A program made the position numbers and the translations under genes. From IMG/VR virus record IMGVR_UViG_3300043411_002784: a stretch of 64,000 nt of DNA, one strand, 5' to 3'. The DNA is from a virus (Duplodnaviria > Heunggongvirae > Uroviricota > Caudoviricetes). Shown in pieces: positions 17,411 through 26,439 of the stretch (its first letter is position 1; each line of letters starts with the position of its first letter). The notes under the pieces were generated by a model, which did no database searches, was not told where the DNA came from, and saw only the letters and a program-made list of their open reading frames with translations.

Positions 17411-17746
17411 ATGGGCACGGTTCTGGACAAACGACAGAAGCGGCTGTTGCCTGAACCGCTGGGCGTGCTGGGCATGTCCGTGCGGACGACCAACGGGTTG
17501 GAGAACGTGGGACTGGCGACGGTGGAAGACCTCTTGCTGGCCTGCCCCCATCGCCGAGAAACTTGTGAAGCGGCGCGCAACATGAAGGGGGGCGTCTGCC
17601 CCTGCCGGCGGATTTTTCCGCTCGGCTCCGCCGACCGCGCCGAGTTCGAGCCGACCTGCTACTTGCTGGACGTGCCGAACATGGGCGAGAAGACGTTGAA
17701 TGAAATTCGCGGTTGCTTGGCCGACCGCGGCTTGAAGGCATCCTAA
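17411..17746 (+). CDS. RNA polymerase alpha-subunit C-terminal-domain-like protein
   Basis: LGMSVRTTNGLENVGLATVEDLL and LLDVPNMGEKTLNEIRGCLADRGL align with RpoA alpha-CTD [21 protein letters not shown] / [24 protein letters not shown]; Cys-rich insertion between the two helix-hairpin-helix motifs; strong AAGGAGG ribosome-binding site. Confidence 0.65.
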   Translation: MGTVLDKRQKRLLPEPLGVLGMSVRTTNGLENVGLATVEDLLLACPHRRETCEAARNMKGGVCPCRRIFPLGSADRAEFEPTCYLLDVPNMGEKTLNEIRGCLADRGLKAS

Positions 17747-17763
17747 GCAACGAGGAGAGAGCA

Positions 17764-18228
17764 TTGTCAGCAGAAGTCGAAGTCGCAGCCTACGAGGCTG
17801 AGGATCGTTGCGTTTTTTTCGTCCTGGCTTGCGAAACCGTGCCAGGCAGGTTCGAACTGGCTCACCCCGCGGCGCCCGACGCGTTGCCCTACGTCGCTCG
17901 CCAGGCGCGGGCCCTGGCCCTGGGCCGGCTGCGGTCGGAGCCCTGGAAGCTCTATGAGCTGCGCCACTTGGAGTCGACGCACAGTTGGCACGTCGTCGTG
18001 CTGACCGCGAACGGGCTGGGCGAAGCCCGCCTGACGCAGCTGTCGGAGTCGCAAGGGAAGCTGATCGAGGAATCGATCGTCGCCCAGGACCGCTGGTCGG
18101 GACCGGTGCGTCCGGGCGAGCTGCTCCCCAAGGCGTGGGAGGGCAAGTATCGCATTCGGCACGGCAAGCCCTGTTTCATTCCGTACGACGCCAAGCCGTC
18201 CCGCGAGACGCAGGTCGCCGAGGCCTGA
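17764..18228 (+). CDS. hypothetical protein (TTG start, uncertain)
   Basis: GAGGAGAGAG ribosome-binding site then TTG; coding-like composition. Confidence 0.4.
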   Translation: MSAEVEVAAYEAEDRCVFFVLACETVPGRFELAHPAAPDALPYVARQARALALGRLRSEPWKLYELRHLESTHSWHVVVLTANGLGEARLTQLSESQGKLIEESIVAQDRWSGPVRPGELLPKAWEGKYRIRHGKPCFIPYDAKPSRETQVAEA

Positions 18229-18268
18229 CGTTCGTCTCGTCGTCAGTTTCATTCACGGAGTCCGAGCT

Positions 18269-18490
18269 ATGGATTTAGACGAAGCGATCGAGCACGCGGA
18301 GGAGACGATTCGTCTGATCGACGAAGACGTCCCCGAGTGGGCGGCCAACAAGGCCCCTGAATTCTTTGAAGACATTCGGAGCAAGCTGCTCAGCGTGCTG
18401 GAATCGTTACGAGGCCAGACCAATCCCACGCCGCGTCAGTGCGACGCGCTGGAAGGTTGGCGCAGCGGAGTTGAAAAGTGGATCAAGTGA
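18269..18490 (+). CDS. hypothetical small acidic protein
   Basis: 73-aa ORF with ATG. Confidence 0.4.
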   Translation: MDLDEAIEHAEETIRLIDEDVPEWAANKAPEFFEDIRSKLLSVLESLRGQTNPTPRQCDALEGWRSGVEKWIK

Positions 18491-18906
18491 CCAGGCCGCC
18501 CGCGGCGGCCACGTTGAAGCTGGCGTTCAGCGCGAGCGACAACAATTTCAATCAGTTCTCCTGCTACGCGGAAGTGACGCCCGAGCTGATCGCCGAGATC
18601 ACCCGGTTGCATACCATTTGCAAGCGGTGGTCCATCCAGGAGGCGACCGTGCCCTGGCCCGTCGTTCCTTATGAGTCGGCCTTCGATCCCGAAGAGCTGG
18701 AGATGGGCGGCGTCTGGGCGACGGAGGAGAACTTCCCGCCCTTTGACGACGACGAGCCCTGGCGGCTGGACGCCAGTTACCTGCTCGTGCAGAACGACGG
18801 GACGTTCTCGTTTTTGATCGCCGTGAAGCACGACGGCGACTACTCGGCGACGGGGATCAGCCTGGACACGATCAAACAAGTAATGCAAGCTCTGGTCGAT
18901 GGCTGA
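18478..18906 (+). CDS. hypothetical protein
   Basis: 142-aa ORF, GTG start overlapping the previous stop. Confidence 0.4.
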   Translation: MDQVTRPPAAATLKLAFSASDNNFNQFSCYAEVTPELIAEITRLHTICKRWSIQEATVPWPVVPYESAFDPEELEMGGVWATEENFPPFDDDEPWRLDASYLLVQNDGTFSFLIAVKHDGDYSATGISLDTIKQVMQALVDG

Positions 18907-18981
18907 CGGTCAGTCGCCCGATTGCAACGCGTACGAGCCGCGCAGGAAGTGCGGTTATTCTTCGACAGGAAGTCGACCCCC

Positions 18982-19212
18982 ATGCCCAAACCACGATCGC
19001 GGGAGAGTCAGGAAGACTTGCCCGAGCACATCAAGCCGTTCGCCTCCCAGCCCGGGCCGGCGCGCTGCATGAAGTGCTCGCGGACGTTCAACTCGGCGGA
19101 CCGCTTGCGGATCCGCATTTGTCCGACGTGCACCCGTGTCAACGAGGACGCCTTCGTGCGTCGCGAAGTTGACTCTCCGCCAGGATTGTCTCCGGAGATT
19201 GAAGACTGGTGA
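18982..19212 (+). CDS. small zinc-ribbon protein
   Basis: CMKCS...CPTCTRV CxxC...CxxC pair; first ATG within the longer GTG-start ORF. Confidence 0.4.
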   Translation: MPKPRSRESQEDLPEHIKPFASQPGPARCMKCSRTFNSADRLRIRICPTCTRVNEDAFVRREVDSPPGLSPEIEDW

Positions 19213-19219
19213 GGCGAAT

Positions 19220-19237
19220 CATTATCACGCGATAATT
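19220..19237. repeat. TTATCACGCGATAA element copy
   Basis: CATTATCACGCGATAATT ends 4 bp before the sbcD ATG at 19241. Confidence 0.6.
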
Positions 19238-19240
19238 TTC

Positions 19241-20419
19241 ATGCCGACCCCGATTGCCGTACTGACTTCAGACCTTCACATCGACGAACACGCCTGGGCC
19301 GATCGGCCCGACCTGCGGGGCGACTCGCAGGACGCGTTCGCCCAGATCGTCGATTACGCCGTCGCCAACCGGCTGCCGATCATCGCCGCCGGCGATCTGA
19401 TCGACAAGAAACGCAACGACGCCGCTCCCATCGGGTTCCTGCGGCGGCAGCTCGACAGCCTCCAAGAGGCGGGCGTGCCGTTCTTCTACGTGCAGGGACA
19501 GCACGAGCTGCAGCCTTCGCCCTGGCTGAGCGAGATTCACCCCTGGCCCACTTGGCTGAGCGAGCGCAGCTACGGCGGCGACCCGCTGTGGTACGAACTG
19601 GGCGATCTCGATTTCCCCGTCTACGGAATCGACTGGACCCCGCGCGACCGCGTCGCCGCCGAGCTGGCCAAGGTCCCTGAGGGAACCAAGCTCCTGGTGA
19701 TGCACCAGGTGATGGGCGACCTGATGGGCTCGATCTGCACGCCCGAAATGAACGCGGACATGCTGCCCGACGTGCCGCTGCTCTTGGTGGGCGACTACCA
19801 CCAGCACGTCCAGTTGCTGCGGACCAACGCGGCGGGCCGGGTCACGACGATCCTTTCGCCCGGCAGCACCAACATGCGGGAGATCTCCGAACCGGCGCGG
19901 AAGATGTTCTACGTCCTCTACGACGACCTGTCGTTCGAGAGCGTCCAGCTGCTGACGCGGCGGTTCATCTACAAGGAGATCAATCTGCCGGAGGACTTGG
20001 AGAACTTCGTCGAGACGATCGGCGCGGAGCTGGAGAATTCGATCAGCCGCGACCTGGCGACGGGCCTGCCGCGGCATCTGGCGAGGCCGTTCTTGCGGGT
20101 CGGCTACGATCCGAGCGTGCCCGACGTCTATCGCCGGGCGACGACCGCCGTGGGCGACGAGCTGGCCCATCTCTTCTTTCGCGAGCTGCCCCAACGGCAG
20201 TTTGACGATCAAGCCGAAGAGACCGCCGAGGAGGTCCAGGCGTTCCGCGAGGCGTTCGAGACGCAGGGCCTCGTCGGCCTGCTGCCGCGCGTCCTCGATC
20301 CCCTGGCGTCGCCGACGGCCTACGCGCTGGCGGAGCGACTGCTCGCCTCGGCGACGCCGGCGATCGCGTTGCAGCAGTTCCGCGCGGAGTTCTTTGGAGA
20401 CGTACCGGCATGTTCGTAG
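19241..20419 (+). CDS. sbcD: SbcD/Mre11-family nuclease
   Basis: metallophosphatase motifs SDLHIDEH, AAGDLID, GQHE, MHQ, GDYHQH; followed by an SbcC-like gene. Confidence 0.8.
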   Translation: MPTPIAVLTSDLHIDEHAWADRPDLRGDSQDAFAQIVDYAVANRLPIIAAGDLIDKKRNDAAPIGFLRRQLDSLQEAGVPFFYVQGQHELQPSPWLSEIHPWPTWLSERSYGGDPLWYELGDLDFPVYGIDWTPRDRVAAELAKVPEGTKLLVMHQVMGDLMGSICTPEMNADMLPDVPLLLVGDYHQHVQLLRTNAAGRVTTILSPGSTNMREISEPARKMFYVLYDDLSFESVQLLTRRFIYKEINLPEDLENFVETIGAELENSISRDLATGLPRHLARPFLRVGYDPSVPDVYRRATTAVGDELAHLFFRELPQRQFDDQAEETAEEVQAFREAFETQGLVGLLPRVLDPLASPTAYALAERLLASATPAIALQQFRAEFFGDVPACS

Positions 20420-20691
20420 TCTGCATCAAACGCCCCGGCGAGACGCCGCAGCAGCGCGCTTACCTGGCGGGCGTCACCACGGCGTTTCCCGACGGCTTGT
20501 TCCGAGGCTTCAAGAGCTGCCGAAAGTACAAGACGGCGGCGGAGGCTCAGGAGGCGATCGAGCGCCTCCAGCGACACGCGGCGGCGAAGCGCGACCAGGA
20601 CCTCGTCGAGCACTTCAACCAGCTGGTCGTCTCCACGACGGGAGCCGAGGTGAAGTTCTTTGCGGACGCCGGCCTCACGCGGCTGCTTTGA
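20410..20691 (+). CDS. hypothetical small protein
   Basis: 93-aa ORF between sbcD and sbcC. Confidence 0.4.
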   Translation: MFVVCIKRPGETPQQRAYLAGVTTAFPDGLFRGFKSCRKYKTAAEAQEAIERLQRHAAAKRDQDLVEHFNQLVVSTTGAEVKFFADAGLTRLL

Positions 20692-20782
20692 CATGGCGCC
20701 CAAAACGACGTTTTGAGCCCTCTAAACGACGTAAGTCCTTGCCGCTGACTGTTTTTTCAGTGGCGCCCACTTTGGGAGTTTC

Positions 20783-22945
20783 ATGAGATTCAAACGCATC
20801 AAACTGCAGCAGGCGTGCCTGCACGAGAGCCTGGACGTCACGCTCGGCGACGGGCTGATCGGCGTCTTCGGGCCTCAGGGCAGCGGCAAGAGCACGCTGT
20901 TCAATCTGGCCTACGCCGCCCTGACGAACGACTTCTCTCGGATCGAGGGAGGCAAGGACGGGGCGGTGCGGCAGCAGTCGGATCGGAAGGAGCCCTCCAC
21001 GGTCGAACTGTGGGCGGAGCACGGCGGAGCCGACTTCCATCTGCTGCGACGACTCGCGCCGACGACGGCGCACGGGCTGACGATCAACGAGCAGCCGACG
21101 ATCAAGAAGGCCAACGAGATCCAACAGACGCTGGAAGGCGTCCTGGGTCTCGATCGACAGACGCTCGACCGCTACGTGTTCGTCGAGCAGTGGGGCCTGC
21201 GGGCCCTGTTCCAGCAGACGCCCACGGAGCGGGCCAAGACGCTCGCTCATCTCTGCAACACGACGCACGCCGAGGTCTGCTGGGATCTCGTCGGCAAGCA
21301 GCTCGAAGTCGATCTGCGACTGGCGGGCGAAGTGGACGACAACACCGACGAGCTGCGGGCGTCGCTGGGCGGCTACCGCGCCGAGGTGGCGAAGATCGAG
21401 CAGGACATGCCCGGGCTGCAGGCCATGCTGCTCACCGACGAGGAGGTGGCGGCGATCAAGCTGCGGCAAAAGCAACAGCATCGGCTGAATTGGCTGGAAG
21501 GCGAGCTGCCGACGCTGCGACGCAACGAAGCCGCGCTGATGACGGCGGCCAAGACGGCCGTGAAGGCGGCCAAGATCGCCGCGACGGCCGTGGAAGTCAC
21601 GGGCCCGTCGCTGGAGGAGGCGACGGAAGCCTTGCAGCTCGCTGAGCAGGCGAAGCGAGAGCACGCGACGAAGGTCGCGGCGAAAGCGCGGCAGGACGCC
21701 GACATGGCGCAGATCGCGCAGCTGGAGAACTCGCTAACGACGTTGTCGCCGACGGAGCCGGCGATCGCGCTGTCGACGGAGGAGCTGGTCGAAGAAGTCC
21801 AGCGACTCACGGCGGAGCTCGCTCCCTACGAAGCGTTGATCCACCAGTCGCACAAGTTTGCAGTCGGCGCGGCGGCGTGCCCGACGTGCGGGCAGTCGCT
21901 CGACGACGTGCAGCGTCGCGTTGAAGAAGCGAAGGCCGCGGCGGCTCCGCTCAAGGAAGACCTGGCGACCGTCAATCGTCAGCTGGGCGTGCGACGGGCG
22001 TTTGATCGCGAGTTGGCGTTATGGGAGGCGGCGAGAACGACGACTCGAAAGACGTTGGAGCAGCTGCAGGCGAAGATGGTGGAGGAACCGCTCGTCGGGG
22101 ACCCGGGGCCGATCGCGTCGCTGCTGGCGACGGTCAACGCTTGCCAGCAGACTGTGAGGGTTCGCAAGCAAGAGTTCGATTCGGCGCACGTCGCCTTGGC
22201 CAGGGCCGCCGACGCGAAGACGAAGGCGATCACCCAGCATCAGACGGCGAAGGCCGAGCTGGAGAAGCTCGAAGCCGAGCATGCGACGCTGCTCGCGGCG
22301 ATGCAGGCTCCCGGCGACGTGCACGACGACGTGCGCCTCGCGACGCATCAGGAAGCTCGCGAACGCTTGGCCGGACTGACGTCGGCGCTGGAGCTCCAGC
22401 GGCAGATGATCGCGAAGGTCGAAGCGGAGATCAAACGGATCGAGACGCTGCTCGCGCGCAGCCAGAAGGCCCGCGAGTGGGTCGAAGCGTTGCAGCCCGT
22501 GCGCAACGCGTTCCATCGCGACTCGTTGCCCCGTTTGGTGCATCGCGACGCGTTGGCGTTGATGGAGGACGACATTAACGCGATGCTCGAAACGTTCGAG
22601 AGTCCGTTTCGCGTGACGACGTCCGAAGACTTGTCCTACGTGGCTCACTTCCGCAACGGAACGGTGATGCCAGCGAAAGGTTTGTCCGGCGGTCAGCAAG
22701 TAGTGCTGGCGATTGCCTTCCGATGGGTCTTGAACTCATTGTTCGCCGGGCAGATTGGTATGATGATCCTTGACGAGCCGACGGCCGGTCTCGATCGACG
22801 CCACGTCGATCTGTTGGAGACGGCGTTGCGTGCGCTAGGCGCCAAGGCAAGAAGCCGCGGCTGCCAGGTGGTGCTCGTCACCCATGAGCTAAGTCTGGAA
22901 CCTGTATTCGATCAGGTTGTTCGGTTAGGAAAATCAGTTGCATGA
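20783..22945 (+). CDS. sbcC: SbcC/Rad50-like ATPase
   Basis: Walker A GPQGSGKST; zinc hook CPTCGQ within a central coiled coil; signature LSGGQQ; Walker B ILDEPTAGLD; H-loop VTHE. Confidence 0.85.
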   Translation: MRFKRIKLQQACLHESLDVTLGDGLIGVFGPQGSGKSTLFNLAYAALTNDFSRIEGGKDGAVRQQSDRKEPSTVELWAEHGGADFHLLRRLAPTTAHGLTINEQPTIKKANEIQQTLEGVLGLDRQTLDRYVFVEQWGLRALFQQTPTERAKTLAHLCNTTHAEVCWDLVGKQLEVDLRLAGEVDDNTDELRASLGGYRAEVAKIEQDMPGLQAMLLTDEEVAAIKLRQKQQHRLNWLEGELPTLRRNEAALMTAAKTAVKAAKIAATAVEVTGPSLEEATEALQLAEQAKREHATKVAAKARQDADMAQIAQLENSLTTLSPTEPAIALSTEELVEEVQRLTAELAPYEALIHQSHKFAVGAAACPTCGQSLDDVQRRVEEAKAAAAPLKEDLATVNRQLGVRRAFDRELALWEAARTTTRKTLEQLQAKMVEEPLVGDPGPIASLLATVNACQQTVRVRKQEFDSAHVALARAADAKTKAITQHQTAKAELEKLEAEHATLLAAMQAPGDVHDDVRLATHQEARERLAGLTSALELQRQMIAKVEAEIKRIETLLARSQKAREWVEALQPVRNAFHRDSLPRLVHRDALALMEDDINAMLETFESPFRVTTSEDLSYVAHFRNGTVMPAKGLSGGQQVVLAIAFRWVLNSLFAGQIGMMILDEPTAGLDRRHVDLLETALRALGAKARSRGCQVVLVTHELSLEPVFDQVVRLGKSVA

Positions 22946-23976
22946 AAACGCAGCGCGTCAGTGACGTGAAGCTCGGTCTGGACGACCACGGCTTCCTTTG
23001 GGCTCAGGAACCTTCGTTGAGTCCCATCAGGCTCGACGGCGACATGGAGTCTTCGATTAAAGACTTCGTGGGAGCCAATCCGAAGCGGATCTTCGTTTTG
23101 GCGACGACGCCCAACGAGCCGTTGATTCACCTCTTATGTCAGCTTCGTCGCCGCGACGGCAAGCCGCATCACGTGATGCTCGGCCCCGGAGCGGCGGCGG
23201 CTCCAGGCTCATGGCTGGGCCAAACTTCGGTCGATCGTCCCCCCAGCGTCGGCGGCTGGCGGGATATGACTGCAGCCGATGAAGTCACTTACGCTCTGGC
23301 GAGCGAATTGTCTCGCACGGGGGAGGTCACTCCCCGCATGGTGGTCGCCGCGTCGCGACATCCCGCCTGGCCGGCGCTCTCCTTTTCGCCAGGCTTCTCC
23401 CATGACCACGCAGTCCGCCTCGTGGCGGCCATGAAAGATCCCCGTTGGCACGTCAATCCTTCGAACCCGAGCTCCGGCCGCAAGCTGACGAGCTTCTTCG
23501 GATTGGGCGACCAGGAAAGCGGGTGCAAGAATCTGCGCGATACGGTGTTCGAGCCGACGCTGGCGAAGCGTCGTCGCTTGTCCGCCGAACACGCCAAGAC
23601 GGTGTTCTACGCTTGGAGTGGTGGCGCCACGACGCCGCCGCTACAAGATGTTGATCCCGGTCGTGATTTTTTCTGGCGGATGTACGCTGTCAGTCAGGAC
23701 CAAGCGGTCGGGGCCTGGCGCGTCAGTCGCTTCTTCCTGACCTTCGTCCGCGACGTCTGGCTCGACAACCTGACGCCGCCGCGCGAATACGAACAGGTGA
23801 TCAGACGCCTGGGAACGAGGCAGCCGGAGAACGTGAAATACGTGGCGCTGAAGCCTGCGACGAGCTATCGTCGCGAGCTTTTCGTGCCGCATTTGTTCTT
23901 CGAGACGACGATCGACATCAGCGCTTGGGAGCGGCACGTGCGCGAGTGGCGGAAGCTGCAAGCGGCCGCTGTTTGA
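22942..23976 (+). CDS. hypothetical protein
   Basis: 344-aa ORF coupled by ATGA to sbcC. Confidence 0.45.
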   Translation: MKTQRVSDVKLGLDDHGFLWAQEPSLSPIRLDGDMESSIKDFVGANPKRIFVLATTPNEPLIHLLCQLRRRDGKPHHVMLGPGAAAAPGSWLGQTSVDRPPSVGGWRDMTAADEVTYALASELSRTGEVTPRMVVAASRHPAWPALSFSPGFSHDHAVRLVAAMKDPRWHVNPSNPSSGRKLTSFFGLGDQESGCKNLRDTVFEPTLAKRRRLSAEHAKTVFYAWSGGATTPPLQDVDPGRDFFWRMYAVSQDQAVGAWRVSRFFLTFVRDVWLDNLTPPREYEQVIRRLGTRQPENVKYVALKPATSYRRELFVPHLFFETTIDISAWERHVREWRKLQAAAV

Positions 23977-24096
23977 CAGCCGCGAGTCGCCGGGAGTACG
24001 ATGCGAGACGCTAACCAACCAGTCAGACGCAATCAGTGAGGACAGGCACGGCCTGACGTAAATGAAACTCGTCTAACTATTCGCCGTTAAACGCTC

Positions 24097-24140
24097 AGGG
24101 CCCCGAACGTGCAACACGCTCGGGGCCCTGATTTGTCTCT
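24097..24140 (+). terminator. intrinsic terminator
   Basis: CAGGGCCCCGA...TCGGGGCCCTG 11-bp stem followed by ATTTGTCTCT. Confidence 0.65.
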
Positions 24141-24157
24141 CGACAGTGATCGGCTGC

Positions 24158-24169
24158 GAAATCGATTTC
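24158..24169. repeat. 12-bp palindrome GAAATCGATTTC upstream of the helicase gene
   Basis: perfect inverted repeat in the 277-bp intergenic region. Confidence 0.35.
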
Positions 24170-24253
24170 ACTGCGGGACCGCGACCTTAGACAACGCTCA
24201 TTCTACGTCGCTGCTGCGCTGTTGCAACCCTATTTTGGGACAACGCGAAGTCT

Positions 24254-25756
24254 ATGGCGACCGCCAACATCGTTAATATCTGCAAGAGCGGCCAGCTGCT
24301 GGCCGTCGGCGACAAGAACCCCGAGGTCTGTCGACTGCTGGAAGAGACCCTCTCTTACAAGCGGACGACGATGGTGTTTGAGCCGCGGAAGAAGCCGCGA
24401 ATGGTATCGACGCCGTTCGAGGTTTTCTTCTGGAAACAGGACCCCGACGGGTTCCTGCCGCGGCGCATCTTCTTCCCCGCCGGCTACCTGCGGCGCATCG
24501 CCAAACGGCTGCGCGAGGCCGGGTTCGAGCCACGGCTGCGGGATTACACGCCTCCGCCTCGCGAAGGCGTCTTCACGCCCCAGTGGGATCGGCTCGCCGA
24601 CGTCCGCTGGCGGTGGATGCAGAAGCGGTGCGTCGAGCGGCTGGCGACCGAGCCCTACATGCAGCTCAAGTGCCCGCCCGGCTACGGCAAGAGCTTCTTG
24701 ATCCGCTGTCTGGCGAAGCTGCTGCCCAAGGCCCGCATCGTCGTCACGACGCCGGCGCTCGACGTGCTCGATCAGCTGCACAACGACCTGTCGCGGCACC
24801 TGCCCAACGTCGGGCTGATCAACAGCCGCCGCAAGAGCCGGGGGACGCGGATCAACTGCTACTCGTCGGGCTCGCTGCATCTGTGCGAAGAGGCCCCGGA
24901 CATCATCATCGCCGACGAGGTCCACGAGCTGGGCACCGATCACTACTTCGAGAAGTTTGCGACGGGACCGTTTTCCCTGTCGCGGCATCTGGGCTTCTCG
25001 GCCAACGCCGAGGATCGCTCCGACGGGGCCTGGTTCGAGCTGGAGGGCTTCTTCGGCCCCGTGCTCATCAACCTGGGCTACCAGGCCTGCGTCGAACACG
25101 GAGCCGTCGTGCCGATCAGCGTCCACTGGCGGGACGTCGTCATGGACAGGGACCCGGCCGCCGAGCTCCAGAACCGCACGGCGAAGCTGCGGCACGGCAT
25201 CTGGCGGAACCGGCACCGCAACGAGCTGATCGCCGCGGACGGCCGTTCGTTCGACGATCAGCAGGTGCTGATCACCGTCGACGTCATCGAACACGCGATC
25301 GAGCTGAAGAAACTGCTGCCTGAATTCGAGCTCTGCTACTCCGAGGCGGGCCTGTCCGCTGACGAGCACGCCGCGCTGGCGGCACAGGGCGTCTTGAGCG
25401 AAGAGATGATGAGCCGCGAACGTCGCGGCAGCCTCAAGACGAACTTCTCCAGCGGCAAGCTCCGCAAGGCGATCGCCACGACCGTCTGGAAGCGGGGCGT
25501 CGACTTCAAAGGCCTCGGCGTGCTGATTCGCGCCGACGCCGGAGCGAGTCTGATCAGCGACACCCAGATCCCCGGGCGCACGTCGCGTCTCGATCCGACG
25601 ACGGGCAAGGAGGCGAGCCTCATCGTCGATTACCTGGATCAGTTCGGACAATACTTTCGCGAGCGGGCCGGAGTCCGCCGCCGCAACTACGCGTCGCACG
25701 GCTGGTCGCAGATCATGCCGGGCAGCTCCACCCCTCGCCAACGCAGCTTGCTATGA
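24254..25756 (+). CDS. SF2 DExH-box helicase
   Basis: Walker A CPPGYGKS; DEVHE box; C-terminal motif VI IPGRTSR. Confidence 0.8.
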   Translation: MATANIVNICKSGQLLAVGDKNPEVCRLLEETLSYKRTTMVFEPRKKPRMVSTPFEVFFWKQDPDGFLPRRIFFPAGYLRRIAKRLREAGFEPRLRDYTPPPREGVFTPQWDRLADVRWRWMQKRCVERLATEPYMQLKCPPGYGKSFLIRCLAKLLPKARIVVTTPALDVLDQLHNDLSRHLPNVGLINSRRKSRGTRINCYSSGSLHLCEEAPDIIIADEVHELGTDHYFEKFATGPFSLSRHLGFSANAEDRSDGAWFELEGFFGPVLINLGYQACVEHGAVVPISVHWRDVVMDRDPAAELQNRTAKLRHGIWRNRHRNELIAADGRSFDDQQVLITVDVIEHAIELKKLLPEFELCYSEAGLSADEHAALAAQGVLSEEMMSRERRGSLKTNFSSGKLRKAIATTVWKRGVDFKGLGVLIRADAGASLISDTQIPGRTSRLDPTTGKEASLIVDYLDQFGQYFRERAGVRRRNYASHGWSQIMPGSSTPRQRSLL

Positions 25757-26439
25757 GCACAGCCCCTACGAACCGACGATTATCGAAGCATTCGATCCTG
25801 CGTCTGTTGGCGCAGGAGGCGAAGGAAGCGTACGTCGCCGAACGCCGCCTCTGGAAAGGCAGCCGCAACGGCGATCAGCAGCATTACAAACCCTCCGAGA
25901 AGATGGCCGACTGTTGGCCGAAGATCGCCAAGACGCTGCTCGACAACGGCATCTTCGACTGCGCGTCGTTCATGCGGGTGCAGTTCGACAGCCGCAGCGC
26001 CCGGGCCTTGTGCCCCGAGCCGCGGGCTTGTTACGGTCCCAAGGCCGTGGAGCGGTGGCAGGCGTACGTCGCGGACGAGAGCGGCGACCTGGCGAAAGAG
26101 ATCGCCTTGTCGCTGCGGTTCAACTATTCCCAGTTTCAACAGGAGTGTCAGCGAGCGTTGTCGATCGGAGCCGCCGCCGGCTGGAACGAGCTCGACAGCG
26201 TCAAGTTCGTGTTGTTGGATTCGCAGAATCAACTCTCCGTGATGTTCCGCTACTGCATGGCGGCCCAGCGCGGATTGGAGACCGTCGCCGATCGATACTT
26301 CGAGGTGGCGGTGCGGGATTACTTACTGAGTCGCACCCAGTACGACGAGATCTGGGCGGAAGCGATCTCCCAGGAATTAAGACAAACTGCCGACGAGCTG
26401 CTTAACAGCGGCGCAGTGGCGTTAAACGGAGTGCACTGA
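25753..26439 (+). CDS. hypothetical protein
   Basis: 228-aa ORF, ATGA coupling. Confidence 0.45.
   Translation: MSTAPTNRRLSKHSILRLLAQEAKEAYVAERRLWKGSRNGDQQHYKPSEKMADCWPKIAKTLLDNGIFDCASFMRVQFDSRSARALCPEPRACYGPKAVERWQAYVADESGDLAKEIALSLRFNYSQFQQECQRALSIGAAAGWNELDSVKFVLLDSQNQLSVMFRYCMAAQRGLETVADRYFEVAVRDYLLSRTQYDEIWAEAISQELRQTADELLNSGAVALNGVH

Noticed and set aside
18221-18250. CTGACG...CGTCAG hairpin followed by TTTCATTC after the 17764..18228 ORF
   Set aside because: Only a 6-bp stem with a 10-nt loop; marginal.
20692-20782. TGGCGCCCA direct repeat and CAAAACGACGTTTTG palindrome upstream of sbcC
   Set aside because: Short and single-instance. Possibly regulatory, but too little to call.
24230-25741. 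503-aa ORF antisense to the SF2 helicase, and similar long antisense ORFs (20675..21664, 26319..28070, 33479..34732, 36008..37087, 48617..49447, 59280..60095)
   Set aside because: Same reasoning: the sense frames carry Walker, DExH, DPPY or glycosyltransferase motifs, while the antisense translations are compositionally biased.
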